Below, one piece after another: positions 1-9,579 of a stretch of 64,000 bases of DNA. The notes beneath the pieces were generated by a model. The model was not told where the DNA came from. It made no database searches and saw nothing but the letters and a program-made list of their open reading frames with translations. Made by a program: the position numbers and the translations under genes. Source of the DNA: Candidatus Paracaedibacteraceae bacterium (GTDB taxonomy: Bacteria; Pseudomonadota; Alphaproteobacteria; Paracaedibacterales; CAIOTO01); NCBI GenBank assembly GCA_030694965.1, contig JAUYTZ010000018.1:303757-367756 (forward strand), given 5' to 3'. Within the stretch, counting starts at the first letter, position 1; every line of letters begins with the position of its first letter.

Positions 1-1
1 C

Positions 2-1171
2 ATCTCTGATGCTTATGCTAATATATCCACAGTTAAGTTATTTTCTCATACAAATCGCGAGGCTAATTATGTTCGCGAGGCAATGAGAGAATTTATGGTG
101 CCAGTTTATGAGCAGCAGCGTCTTGTTAGCGCTTTTGATCTTAGTACGCATGCGATGAGCATGCTCCTTGTTTTCTCAACTGCAGCAATTGCTATTTGGC
201 TTTGGATGAAAGGTCAAGTAGGGGTTGGTGTTGTCGCTGTTTCTATCGCTATGTCACTGCGATTCAACAGCATGTCCCAATGGGCCATGTGGGTTGTGGC
301 GGATTTATTTGAGCATATTGGCACAGCCCAAGATGGAATGGAGATGTTATCTAGACCTATTGCTTTAGTAGATAATCCCTATGCAAAACCTTTAATCGTA
401 AAGTCAGGAACTATATCTTTTGAAAATGTGTCTTTTTCTTATGATGATGGAAAGCAGGTACTAAAAGACTTTAATTTAAAAATATTGCCAGGAGAAAAAA
501 TTGGTTTGGTTGGTCGATCTGGTGCAGGTAAATCTACTATTATTAATTTACTATTAAGGTTTTATGATGTGAATAGCGGCAACATATCTATTGATGGACA
601 AAATATACGCTATGCTTGCCAGGATAGTTTACGCAGTCAGATTGGCATGGTAACACAAGATACATCTCTTTTGCACAGATCAATACGTGATAACATTCTT
701 TATGGGCGTCCTGATGCTTTAGAGCATGAAATGGTATTAGCTGCAAAACGTGCTGAGGCGGATTTATTTATTCGAGATCTTCAAGATGCAAATGGACGTG
801 TTGGATACGATACGCATGTTGGTGAAAGAGGGGTAAAACTGTCTGGGGGCCAACGTCAACGAATATCTATCGCTAGAATTATGTTAAAAAATGCCCCTAT
901 TTTATTGTTAGATGAAGCAACAAGTGCTTTAGATAGTGAAGTTGAGTTAGCTATCCAAAGTAGCCTCTATACTTTAATGAAAGGTAAAACAGTTCTTGCT
1001 ATAGCTCATCGATTATCTACTATTGCTGCAATGGATCGTCTGATTGTCTTAGATGAGGGGAAAATTGTAGAAGAAGGTAGTCATAAAGAGTTGTTAAACA
1101 AAAAGGGTTTATATTTTCAATTGTGGAATCATCAGAGTGGAGGTTTCTTAAGTGATGGCTATTCACAATGA
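2..1171 (+). CDS. ABC exporter, fused permease/ATPase half-transporter (5' end cut by window edge)
   Basis: The frame of the 83..1171 ORF is open back to nt 2 (ISDAYANISTVKLFSHTNREANYVREAM...), so the gene starts upstream of the window. NBD motifs: Walker A GRSGAGKST, signature LSGGQRQR, Walker B ILLLDEATSALD, H-loop AIAHRL. A hydrophobic TM segment precedes the NBD. Confidence 0.9.
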   Translation: MSDAYANISTVKLFSHTNREANYVREAMREFMVPVYEQQRLVSAFDLSTHAMSMLLVFSTAAIAIWLWMKGQVGVGVVAVSIAMSLRFNSMSQWAMWVVADLFEHIGTAQDGMEMLSRPIALVDNPYAKPLIVKSGTISFENVSFSYDDGKQVLKDFNLKILPGEKIGLVGRSGAGKSTIINLLLRFYDVNSGNISIDGQNIRYACQDSLRSQIGMVTQDTSLLHRSIRDNILYGRPDALEHEMVLAAKRAEADLFIRDLQDANGRVGYDTHVGERGVKLSGGQRQRISIARIMLKNAPILLLDEATSALDSEVELAIQSSLYTLMKGKTVLAIAHRLSTIAAMDRLIVLDEGKIVEEGSHKELLNKKGLYFQLWNHQSGGFLSDGYSQ

Positions 1172-1201
1172 TTTCAATCTTACATATAGGTTAGTGGTGT
1201 T

Positions 1202-1972
1202 TTGAAGATATCTAATGGGGATGTGCATGTATGGTTTTCTTTAACAAAAGAGCTAAATGATGTAAACTTACTGGCCCGATATAAAGGTTTGTTATCACAA
1301 GATGAATGTAAAAGATTTAATAGTTTTTTTTACAAAAAAGATCGCCAATTGTACTTAATCTCAAGAGCTTTACTGCGTACAACTTTATCAGAATATTCTT
1401 TAGTTTCTCCATGTAATTGGAAATTCTCAAAAAACAATAATGGGAAGCCTTTTATTAATAATAAAAATTTGAGTGAAGAAAAAATTTGTTTTAACCTTAG
1501 CCATACTGATGGTTTAGTTATGGTAGGAGTGACTAAAATGCAAGATATAGGGGTTGATGTTGAACAAGTCTCACGAAATTTTGATTATATGGATATTGCT
1601 TATAGTAATTTCGCGGCAGATGAAATTACTGTTCTTGAATCTATGTCCGGTTCTGATCAAAAAGAATTTTTCTATAAGTACTGGACTTTAAAAGAGTCTT
1701 ATTTAAAAGCAAGAGGAGATGGATTAACAATGCCTTTGAACCTATGCAGTTTTGCGTTATCAACTTGTAGTAAAATAAAATGTAAGTTTTTCGATCAGGC
1801 TGTAGATTGCCATTCAAATTGGAATTTTTTGCAATTCAGTCTTGTCAAAAATTACATTAGTTCCATATGTTTAAAAAGAAATCAAAACTATTCCCCAAGA
1901 ATAAGGGTAAGGCATTGTGTGCCTTTAATAAATAATAAAGAACTTAAAAATATTAAATTTTTGTCATCCTAG
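1202..1972 (+). CDS. Sfp-type 4'-phosphopantetheinyl transferase
   Basis: Sfp-family motifs FNLSHTDG, GVDVE and WTLKESYLKARG. TTG start. Lies 30 nt after the ABC gene and converges on the PKS. Confidence 0.85.
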   Translation: MKISNGDVHVWFSLTKELNDVNLLARYKGLLSQDECKRFNSFFYKKDRQLYLISRALLRTTLSEYSLVSPCNWKFSKNNNGKPFINNKNLSEEKICFNLSHTDGLVMVGVTKMQDIGVDVEQVSRNFDYMDIAYSNFAADEITVLESMSGSDQKEFFYKYWTLKESYLKARGDGLTMPLNLCSFALSTCSKIKCKFFDQAVDCHSNWNFLQFSLVKNYISSICLKRNQNYSPRIRVRHCVPLINNKELKNIKFLSS

Positions 1973-1988
1973 TGAATCCTTTAGGCGA

Positions 1989-4925
1989 TCAGAGCTGTTC
2001 TTGTATAAGTGTTACTTGGTCTTTCAGTGTTGCTGATACAAGCATTTTTCGGGCAGGCACTTTTATGTTAAAAGATTGGTTTACTTTGCGAATTAAGCTT
2101 GTAATGAGAAGTGAATCTCCCCCTAAGCTAAAGAAATTTGATTCATCTTTGATATTATCACAGCCAAGAATATTAGACCAAAGACTTAGCAAGACAGCTT
2201 TTACATCTTTTTGTTTTATTAATAAAATATTGTTTGCTTCATGGTTATCATTTGATGATGCTGGCTCTTTGGAGTTTATGTGATTCTTTTTAAGAGCACA
2301 AGTTACCTCAGGCGCCATCCATTTCGGACCATAAAATGGATAAGTAGGTAAGTGAATGGCTTTGCCACCTGTGCAAAAATAAGAAAGATTAACGGGATAT
2401 CCATAAGTCCAGAGCGCTCCTATGGAAGTCATTATATCGATGCTAATCTCTTCAGAATGATTAGGATTCATGGGTAATGCCTCAAAACCTAAAGACCATG
2501 CCATTGAAGAAAGAGTTTGGCCTGTCCCAATTTCTATAAAAATTGGTTCTTGAAAAAAATCATGCATTACTTGCAATGAATCTAAAAAATAAACAGGTTT
2601 TTTAGCTTGATCTACAAAATAGTCTGACGGCATCTTATGCCCTTTATTATAAATTTGGCCCGTGACGTTTAGTGCAATTGGTATTTTTGTTGGTTGCATG
2701 TTAATTTTGGATAAAGTGCTTTTAAGAGCTGTTAATGCTGATTCAATGAGAGGGGAATGAAAAGCCCGATTGGTCTTAAGAATTGTTGAGCGTGCCGTTT
2801 TGCCTATATTATTTTTAAAAATTTGAATTTCTTCTACTGTACCAGATACTACACAGCCATTCGTAGTATTAATAGCTGAAATACACAGATTAAGCCTTGA
2901 TTTTCTAAGAAGTTCGGTTGTTTCAAAAGCGCTCATATTGACGGCGAGCATTGCCCCTTGAGGGCAATTCTGCATAGACTTTCCCCTCTCCACTACGAAC
3001 TTTACAGCGTCTTCTAAGCTCAGTATTCCAGAAAAATAGGCTGCCGTAACTTCACCAAGGCTATGGCCTGCAACTCCGGCAGGTTTAATGCCTAGAGAAA
3101 GAAGTGACTTTCCTATTGCGTATCCAAGAACAAACAAAGCAGGTTGAGCAATGACTGTTTGATTCATTTCTTCTTCAGGAAAAGCATCATCAAAAAGTGC
3201 TCTTTTTACGGTAATTTTTAAATTTTCTTCAAGATATTGTATGCATGTTTCAATGTTATCCAAAAAACCTGGCAGCGTATTCGCAAAAGCTTTAGCCATG
3301 CCAGGACGTTGACTTCCTTGGCCTGTAAATAAGAAAATGGCAGGCTTTGGACCGTTGATGGGTGCTTGCCTTCTATGAATGATTTCATTTTTATTTAGTT
3401 TTTCTGCAATTTCTTTGCTTGTTCGTCCGCACACTACAAGCCTTTCTGTAAATTCAGTTCGACCATTTGTTAGTGTGTATGCAACGTTTTTGAGATTAGG
3501 ATCGTTTTTAATTAAGTAGTTACTTAGGCGATTCGTTATACAATTTAATGTTTCTAAATCAGCCGCTGAGAGTTGTATAATATGAAATGAATCTTCATTT
3601 TTAGCTGGTTCATGTTCTGTTTGTGGGGCTTGTTCTAGTATGATGTGGGCATTTGTTCCTCCTATACCAAAAGCACTAATAGCCGCTCTGCGCTGATTAA
3701 GATTAGGCCATAGATGTTCTTTGTTATTTTGAACACATAGTGGTGAATCATTTTTTTCCATAAAAGGATTTAGTGTATCAAAGTTTGCAAGTGGAGGTAT
3801 TTTACCTTCCTTAAGCACTTTCATTGTTTTGATAAGTGAAGCAAGTCCTGATGCTGAATCAAGATGACCAATATTTGCTTTAAGAGCACCTATAGCGATC
3901 TGACCTTTTGATGCTCCAAGCCCTTTATATGCTTCTGAGGTTGCAGTCCATTCAATAGGGTCTCCTATGCGTGTGCCTGTTCCATGTGTTTCAAGGTAGC
4001 CTATGGATGATGCTTCAATATTGGCGTTGTGAATTGCTTGCTGGATCACTGAAATTTGCCCAGAAATAGATGGAGAAAAATAGCCTGCCTTTGCAGAGCC
4101 ATCATTATTGATAGCTGTGCCCAAGATAACGCCATAAATTTCTGGAGCCTCGGTCGGAAGTGAAATTAAACGTCTTAGCACAACGCAGGCCACTCCAGAA
4201 CCTTCAACAACTCCATCAGCTTTTTCGTCAAAGGGTCTACAAATACCACTTTCAGAATTAATGCCTCCAGGAATATGTAAGTATCCGCCCTGTGGAAAAG
4301 CAATTCCTGCTGCAACAACTATGGCTTGTTCGCAATCTCCATTATTTAATGCTTGGCAAGCTAAATGCAAACTAACTAGAGATGAGGAGCATGCCGTTTG
4401 AATGGAAACAGCGGGTCCTGTTAAATTAAGCTTATACGCAATTAAGCTGGCTATAAAATCAGGCTCATTTCCGTGTATGATTTGTTCTAGAAAGTCTGGT
4501 TCAAGAGGCCCTTGAGATAACATGGCTCTCGCATATCCGCTCCCACTTCCTGAAGCAAAAACGCCTGTTACTGGTCTGTTAGCAGCATTGGATTTTCCGT
4601 AACCTGCATCTTCAAGTGCGCACCAAGCAGTTTCAAGCATTAGTCGATGTTGTGGATCCATCATTTCCGCATCACGGTGATTAACTCTGAAAACTTTATG
4701 ATCAAATCTATTGGCATCTACAAGGTATCCTCGTACAGGTATATACTCTGGATCATTTATTAAGAATTCAGGAACTCCGGTTTCTCTCAGTTCTTCTTTT
4801 GTTAAACGAGTAGTGAGCTCCTCACCTTTTAGTAAAGAGCTCCACCAATCATCTAATTCACGGGGACCAGGAAGCCTAGCAGAAACGCCAAGTACAGCAA
4901 TATCTTTAGAATTATTTCGTATCAT
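1989..4925 (-). CDS. Type I polyketide synthase, single module KS-AT-carrier (no KR/DH/ER/TE)
   Basis: KS: DIAVLGVSARLPG at the N-terminus, active-site Cys in QTACSSSL (Cys179), His motifs ETHGTGT and KANIGHLDSASG. AT: FLFTGQGSQ, GHSLGE (Ser622), RAFHS (malonyl-type xAFH). C-terminal carrier domain LGGDSLL (Ser938). Confidence 0.92.
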   Translation of the reverse strand: MIRNNSKDIAVLGVSARLPGPRELDDWWSSLLKGEELTTRLTKEELRETGVPEFLINDPEYIPVRGYLVDANRFDHKVFRVNHRDAEMMDPQHRLMLETAWCALEDAGYGKSNAANRPVTGVFASGSGSGYARAMLSQGPLEPDFLEQIIHGNEPDFIASLIAYKLNLTGPAVSIQTACSSSLVSLHLACQALNNGDCEQAIVVAAGIAFPQGGYLHIPGGINSESGICRPFDEKADGVVEGSGVACVVLRRLISLPTEAPEIYGVILGTAINNDGSAKAGYFSPSISGQISVIQQAIHNANIEASSIGYLETHGTGTRIGDPIEWTATSEAYKGLGASKGQIAIGALKANIGHLDSASGLASLIKTMKVLKEGKIPPLANFDTLNPFMEKNDSPLCVQNNKEHLWPNLNQRRAAISAFGIGGTNAHIILEQAPQTEHEPAKNEDSFHIIQLSAADLETLNCITNRLSNYLIKNDPNLKNVAYTLTNGRTEFTERLVVCGRTSKEIAEKLNKNEIIHRRQAPINGPKPAIFLFTGQGSQRPGMAKAFANTLPGFLDNIETCIQYLEENLKITVKRALFDDAFPEEEMNQTVIAQPALFVLGYAIGKSLLSLGIKPAGVAGHSLGEVTAAYFSGILSLEDAVKFVVERGKSMQNCPQGAMLAVNMSAFETTELLRKSRLNLCISAINTTNGCVVSGTVEEIQIFKNNIGKTARSTILKTNRAFHSPLIESALTALKSTLSKINMQPTKIPIALNVTGQIYNKGHKMPSDYFVDQAKKPVYFLDSLQVMHDFFQEPIFIEIGTGQTLSSMAWSLGFEALPMNPNHSEEISIDIMTSIGALWTYGYPVNLSYFCTGGKAIHLPTYPFYGPKWMAPEVTCALKKNHINSKEPASSNDNHEANNILLIKQKDVKAVLLSLWSNILGCDNIKDESNFFSLGGDSLLITSLIRKVNQSFNIKVPARKMLVSATLKDQVTLIQEQL

Positions 4926-5250
4926 GAACTTTTCCTTAAGCTCAAAAAATCAAATTTTAGCTAGTAGCAAAAATTACATTGAAGGTGATTTGTTGCATTA
5001 ACTATATTAAAATTTACACAGATCGTATCTTAGTTATTTGCTTATACATCAAGCGCATATTTTTTTATTAGTAAGTCATGTTTTTGTAAATAATTTCAAT
5101 AACTTTTTGCAAGATTTTTTTAAGAAATTATTTAATAAATTCAACTAAATAAAAAATTGTTTATAAAAATTTTTTAAACTCAGGCAGAGTGGACATAAAT
5201 TGTTGTTTTATGATGAAAACAGTAAATTATTAAAAAAGAATAAAAAGCAT

Positions 5251-5321
5251 TTAGTACACAAGAGAATCTATATTTCTTTTTCCACTTGTGACCAATTAAA
5301 GGCAATGATAGAAATCACTTA
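5251..5321 (+). promoter_or_regulatory. Shared leader/promoter module, copy A (upstream of the oxygenase-LamG-esterase-P450 operon)
   Basis: About 70 nt aligns by hand to the reverse complement of 16678-16748. The core 5282-5310 ccacttgtgaccaattaaaggcaatgata matches in 28/29 positions. It contains a plausible sigma70-type TTGTGA-N17-TAGAAA. Weaker collinear blocks continue to about 5440. Confidence 0.6.
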
Positions 5322-5471
5322 TTCAAAGGCATGTGGGGCGGCAAACCACGAGACAAAAACTCTCTTAATTTTGCTTTATCTTTATCTAGTCCTTAAAAAG
5401 TATTTAAAACCTAAGAAGGTTATAGCAAGTAGCTTATTAAGATATTTGGGGCCTAAAAGGAAAATGAAAAT

Positions 5472-6374
5472 ATGCAAGAAAAAGTTAATATAGATCTTCT
5501 CCTAAAGGCTGCCAGTTCACATTTAATATCTTTCACCGATTTACCGATTTCTCCTGTAATTATTAATGATACATTGAATGTTTCAGAAGAAGACATTCAT
5601 GAAATAGTTGACAGGTACATCAATCATGGTTTTGCAATTGTGCATATTGTTTCAGAACGTCCTTCGCCTGAAACAATAATATCTTTAGGGCACGTTTTTG
5701 AGCTTGGAAAACCTTTTGTTCCTCCTTTATACACTATGGGTGAGTATAAAGCCTCACCCATTGCAAAAATTTCAACACAAGGATGTTCCGCCACTCATCC
5801 AATTTTTCAGCGCGAAGTTGAAGTGAAACTGCATTGCGATGGCACACTACAAAAAATTGGTTTTGTTAAAACAACCGTTATGCTTTGTGAAATGCCTGGT
5901 GCCAAAGGAGGTGAAAATATATTCTTTAATGCCACAGCAGCTTACGCTGAATTGCTAGAAACAGATTTGGATGCTGCAATTGCCATGGCAACCCATGGCT
6001 CGCTAATACGCCAAGCAAACATAAATGGTTGTAGTGATAAAAATATAGGACCAGTTTTTTCTGTAGATAATGGAAAACTTATCTGTAATTATTCTGTGAC
6101 TGAAACGGATAAATTTGTTGCTGCATCTTGTCTTAAAGCTGCTGATCTTGGTCGTGGCGTAGAGTATATGCGAAAAGCTTCCCAACCAGGTGGGGCCCAT
6201 TATTGCCAGGTACGGTTAGAGGCAAATCAAGCTATTATTTTTTCAAATGCTAAACTTGCTCACGGAAGAAAATCATACCATAACGCCCTAGGTTTGAGAA
6301 GATGTCTCTACAGGGGATTATTTTTAAATTATCCAAAAGTGGTTAATAAAAGGCGGTTAAAAATTTCTGTATGA
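5472..6374 (+). CDS. Fe(II)/2-oxoglutarate-dependent oxygenase, TauD/TfdA (clavaminate-synthase-like) family
   Basis: HxD facial triad LHCDG, downstream GGENIFF block (family GGxTxF), distal His/Arg in KLAHGRKSY...RR. Length is about 300 aa. Confidence 0.7.
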   Translation: MQEKVNIDLLLKAASSHLISFTDLPISPVIINDTLNVSEEDIHEIVDRYINHGFAIVHIVSERPSPETIISLGHVFELGKPFVPPLYTMGEYKASPIAKISTQGCSATHPIFQREVEVKLHCDGTLQKIGFVKTTVMLCEMPGAKGGENIFFNATAAYAELLETDLDAAIAMATHGSLIRQANINGCSDKNIGPVFSVDNGKLICNYSVTETDKFVAASCLKAADLGRGVEYMRKASQPGGAHYCQVRLEANQAIIFSNAKLAHGRKSYHNALGLRRCLYRGLFLNYPKVVNKRRLKISV

Positions 6375-6449
6375 TAATGAGATTACCAAAAAAACTCCTT
6401 ATTTTGTATTTATGCAACTTAATGTGTTTTAAAACTATACGAAGTAAAA

Positions 6450-7238
6450 ATGGAGAAGAAAATGAATTTGAATTTAAAAATTAAAGATAAAATTAATCCA
6501 TCAAACCAATCACTGACTTTAAAAGGGGATTGGAATTTTGAAAATGATTTTTTAGATTCTTCTGGGCTAGGAAATGATTTATCTCCAAATAATAGCCCTT
6601 GTCTTATTAAAGATTCTAATTTTTCGGGCGCTGTTAAGCTAGATGGGCGCACACAATCTTTGGAGGGAAAGAACCCAGCGGTGAACACAGAAGGAAGTTA
6701 TACAGTTGCTGCGTGGGTTCGTCTTGATAGCTCGCTTATGAGAGAAGGACTCTCTCTTGAAACCGGAGAATACGCACTAACCGCAATTAGTCAAGATACA
6801 CCTACTCATAGCAACTTTTACTTAGGCCTTCGTCAAGTTGATGAAAAACGATCAGAGAGCATAGTGATTTCTTCATTGAGGTGGAATTTTACGGTGGCGC
6901 CCATTGATGGGACTCAAACAGGTCCTGTTGAATGGCAGCATGCGTATACTAAAAGTCCTCTTGATGATTCAATTTTAGATAAATGGTTTTTACTTGTAGG
7001 TGTGTGTGATGCTGCTGCGAGAACAGCTAGTATATACGTACCCACAATAAATGAAGAAGGGATTATTCATTGGCCAGCTAATTTTATTCAGTTGCCTGCA
7101 AAAGGAGGAATCCAAGTTGGTAAAGGGCGTTGGCTCACAAAAGCTGTTGACCATTGGCCTGGAAGTATAGGGCCAGTTAAGATTTTCTCTGGTGTGATGT
7201 CAAAAGAAGAAGTTTATAAGATTTATAATAATCTTTAA
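6450..7238 (+). CDS. LamG / concanavalin-A-like jelly-roll domain protein (no signal peptide)
   Basis: Typical Laminin_G_3 N-terminal pattern: GDWNFENDFLDSSGLGNDLSP...FSGAVKLDG...SYTVAAWVRLDS. Confidence 0.6.
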   Translation: MEKKMNLNLKIKDKINPSNQSLTLKGDWNFENDFLDSSGLGNDLSPNNSPCLIKDSNFSGAVKLDGRTQSLEGKNPAVNTEGSYTVAAWVRLDSSLMREGLSLETGEYALTAISQDTPTHSNFYLGLRQVDEKRSESIVISSLRWNFTVAPIDGTQTGPVEWQHAYTKSPLDDSILDKWFLLVGVCDAAARTASIYVPTINEEGIIHWPANFIQLPAKGGIQVGKGRWLTKAVDHWPGSIGPVKIFSGVMSKEEVYKIYNNL

Positions 7239-7320
7239 TTTAATAATTTCCGCTGATCTAATTTTTACCTATATAAGAATTAAATTGTGAAATAGAAATG
7301 TTTGAAAGGAACTTTATTTT

Positions 7321-8337
7321 ATGGTGAAAAATATCAATATGGAAGAATCACAAAATTCCTGCAAGGCTGTTTCACACCCGCCTTTTGATGATGAGCTTAA
7401 GCCAATTTTGCATGAAATCCTTAAAAAAATTAAAGTTCCTTTCACTCTTGATCTTATTGACAAGGCTCGCGAAGCTATGAATTTAGGAAGTTTAACAGAC
7501 GATCAAATTCGGCGAGGAGGGGCTTTTGAATTTGAAGAAAAAAAGATTCCAGGTCCTGAAGGAGCGCCAAGCATTTCTGTTATTGTATGTAGACCTAGAG
7601 CAACACCAGGACCCCACCCAGTAATATACAATATACATGGAGGAGGGATGGTTTCTGGAAATTATCGGACTGCAGAACTTGCTAGAGAACTTAATAGAGC
7701 CGAAGCTTTGCAAATGGCTGTAGTTTCAGTAAACTATCGACTAGCTCCTGAAAATCCTGACCCCGCACCAGTTGAGGATTGCTATGCTGCATTAGTTTGG
7801 CTTGTGAAACATTCAAAGTCATTAAAGTTAGATGCAAATCGAATCATTGTTAGTGGTAATAGCGCGGGAGGAGGGTTAGCAGCTGGAGTGGCTCTTTTAG
7901 CTCGCGATAGGGGAGGCCCTTTTTTAATTGGACAGATGCTTCAGTGCCCGATGCTAGATGACAGATGTGACTCTTTCTCAATTAAACAGATGAAAGGGGT
8001 AGGTCTGTGGGAATCGACTTCTAATCTCACAGGCTGGTCAGCCTTGCTAGGAGACAAAAGAGGAACTGAAAGCGTTTCATGTTATGCTGCTCCTGCTCGA
8101 GCCAAAAATTTTTCTGGTCTTCCTCCTGCTTTTATAGACGTAGGTGCTGTCGAAGCTTTAAGAGATGAGGCAGTCTTTTATGCTAATCATATTTGGCAAG
8201 CAGGAGGGGATGCTGAGTTGCATGTTTGGAGCGGCGCTTTTCATAGTTTTGATCAGTGGGCGCCAGATGCTATTGTTTCAAAATCTGCTGACCAAGTTCG
8301 AATAGATTGGATGCGTCGCTTATTAAAACGAAATTAA
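7321..8337 (+). CDS. alpha/beta-hydrolase, hormone-sensitive-lipase-type esterase
   Basis: Oxyanion motif HGGGMVSG, nucleophile elbow GNSAGGG (GxSxG), and downstream Asp and His (HSFD). Confidence 0.85.
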   Translation: MVKNINMEESQNSCKAVSHPPFDDELKPILHEILKKIKVPFTLDLIDKAREAMNLGSLTDDQIRRGGAFEFEEKKIPGPEGAPSISVIVCRPRATPGPHPVIYNIHGGGMVSGNYRTAELARELNRAEALQMAVVSVNYRLAPENPDPAPVEDCYAALVWLVKHSKSLKLDANRIIVSGNSAGGGLAAGVALLARDRGGPFLIGQMLQCPMLDDRCDSFSIKQMKGVGLWESTSNLTGWSALLGDKRGTESVSCYAAPARAKNFSGLPPAFIDVGAVEALRDEAVFYANHIWQAGGDAELHVWSGAFHSFDQWAPDAIVSKSADQVRIDWMRRLLKRN

Positions 8338-8359
8338 AGAAGAAATAAAAGAGGATTTT

Positions 8360-9559
8360 ATGAAACAGTTTCCTTATGCTACCGAATGTTCTTTAAATCC
8401 TAATTGTCTCGTTGATCCTACTTTTCATGCGGCCGGAAATCCTCATGCGCTTTGGTCTTGGATGAGAGAAAATGAGCCAATATATTGGCATGAGCCCACG
8501 AAATTTCCTGGCTTTTGGTCTATTACACGCCATGAAGATATAAGAGAAGTGTATGGGAATCCTGAAATATTTAGTTCAGCTCGGGGTGTTTTATTGCGCC
8601 AAGAAAAATCAGGGGACGACCCCGGCGGCGGCTTAACTTTAGCTTTAACAGATCCTCCTCGCCATAAGCAGCTTCGAGCGATCATGACAAGTTGGTTCTC
8701 AATAAGTTATGCAAAATCTCTTGAAAGCGCTATAAGAAGAAAAATCAAAGAACTTTTACTTGAAGCAGTAGAAAAAAAAGTAATTAATTTTACACACGAT
8801 ATATCATCTAAGTTAACACTCTTCGTCACGTGCCATATTTTAGGTATACCTCCTAAAGATCATAAAGACGTTTTGCATTGGGCTCATGAGTCTTTTGAAA
8901 AGGCAGTTCCTTTAGCCTCTCATAAAGAATTTATGCTATATTTTTGTGAATTAATGGAAAGCAAGCGTGCATGCCCCAGTTCTGATTTAGCGAGTGCTAT
9001 TGTTCATGGCATGATTGATAATAAAAAACTTGCTGAAGAAGAAATATTATTGAACTTTGAGAATTTAATAGGAGCAACAGAAAATGCAGGCTTATCAATA
9101 TCAAGCGGAGTTCTTGCATTTATTGAATACCCAGAGAGCTGGAAATTATTACAGACTGATCGTAAACTTATAATATCTGCTACCGAAGAGATTCTTCGAT
9201 GGGCGTCAAGTGCATCTCATAGTATGAGGACAATTAAAAAGACTTATACTCTTAATAACACTAATTTGTTAGCAAACCAAAAAATAGTACTTTGGCTTCC
9301 ATCTGCGAATAGAGATGATAAAATCTTTGAAAATCCTTTTAAATTTGACATAACACGTACCCCAAATAGGCACATAGCTCTTGGATATGGCGAGCATTTT
9401 TGTATTGGAAATGCTCTTGGTAGAATGCAAATTCGTATATTGCTTGATGAACTTCTCGGCTTTGATTGGATTCTTGAACTTGAAAGTGCACCCATTCATC
9501 TTAGGTCTATTTATGTTAATGGGCCAGAAAATTTACCTATTAGGTTTGTAGATAAGTAA
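8360..9559 (+). CDS. cytochrome P450 monooxygenase
   Basis: Heme-binding loop GYGEHFCIGNALG, ExxR (EEILRW), about 400 aa. The start lies 22 nt after the esterase stop. Confidence 0.9.
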   Translation: MKQFPYATECSLNPNCLVDPTFHAAGNPHALWSWMRENEPIYWHEPTKFPGFWSITRHEDIREVYGNPEIFSSARGVLLRQEKSGDDPGGGLTLALTDPPRHKQLRAIMTSWFSISYAKSLESAIRRKIKELLLEAVEKKVINFTHDISSKLTLFVTCHILGIPPKDHKDVLHWAHESFEKAVPLASHKEFMLYFCELMESKRACPSSDLASAIVHGMIDNKKLAEEEILLNFENLIGATENAGLSISSGVLAFIEYPESWKLLQTDRKLIISATEEILRWASSASHSMRTIKKTYTLNNTNLLANQKIVLWLPSANRDDKIFENPFKFDITRTPNRHIALGYGEHFCIGNALGRMQIRILLDELLGFDWILELESAPIHLRSIYVNGPENLPIRFVDK

Positions 9560-9579
9560 TCTTACAGATTGAGTATTAA

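Noticed and set aside
1972-2283. 103-codon plus-strand ORF (and 4711-5001, 96 codons) overlapping the PKS gene
   Set aside because: It lies entirely antisense to a PKS gene with strong motif support, and it has no motifs of its own. It is a typical shadow ORF.
5200-5493. 97-codon Lys-rich ORF upstream of the oxygenase gene
   Set aside because: It runs across the conserved leader/promoter module, and its composition simply reflects AT-rich DNA. The homologous copy at 16.6-16.75 kb does not preserve the frame.
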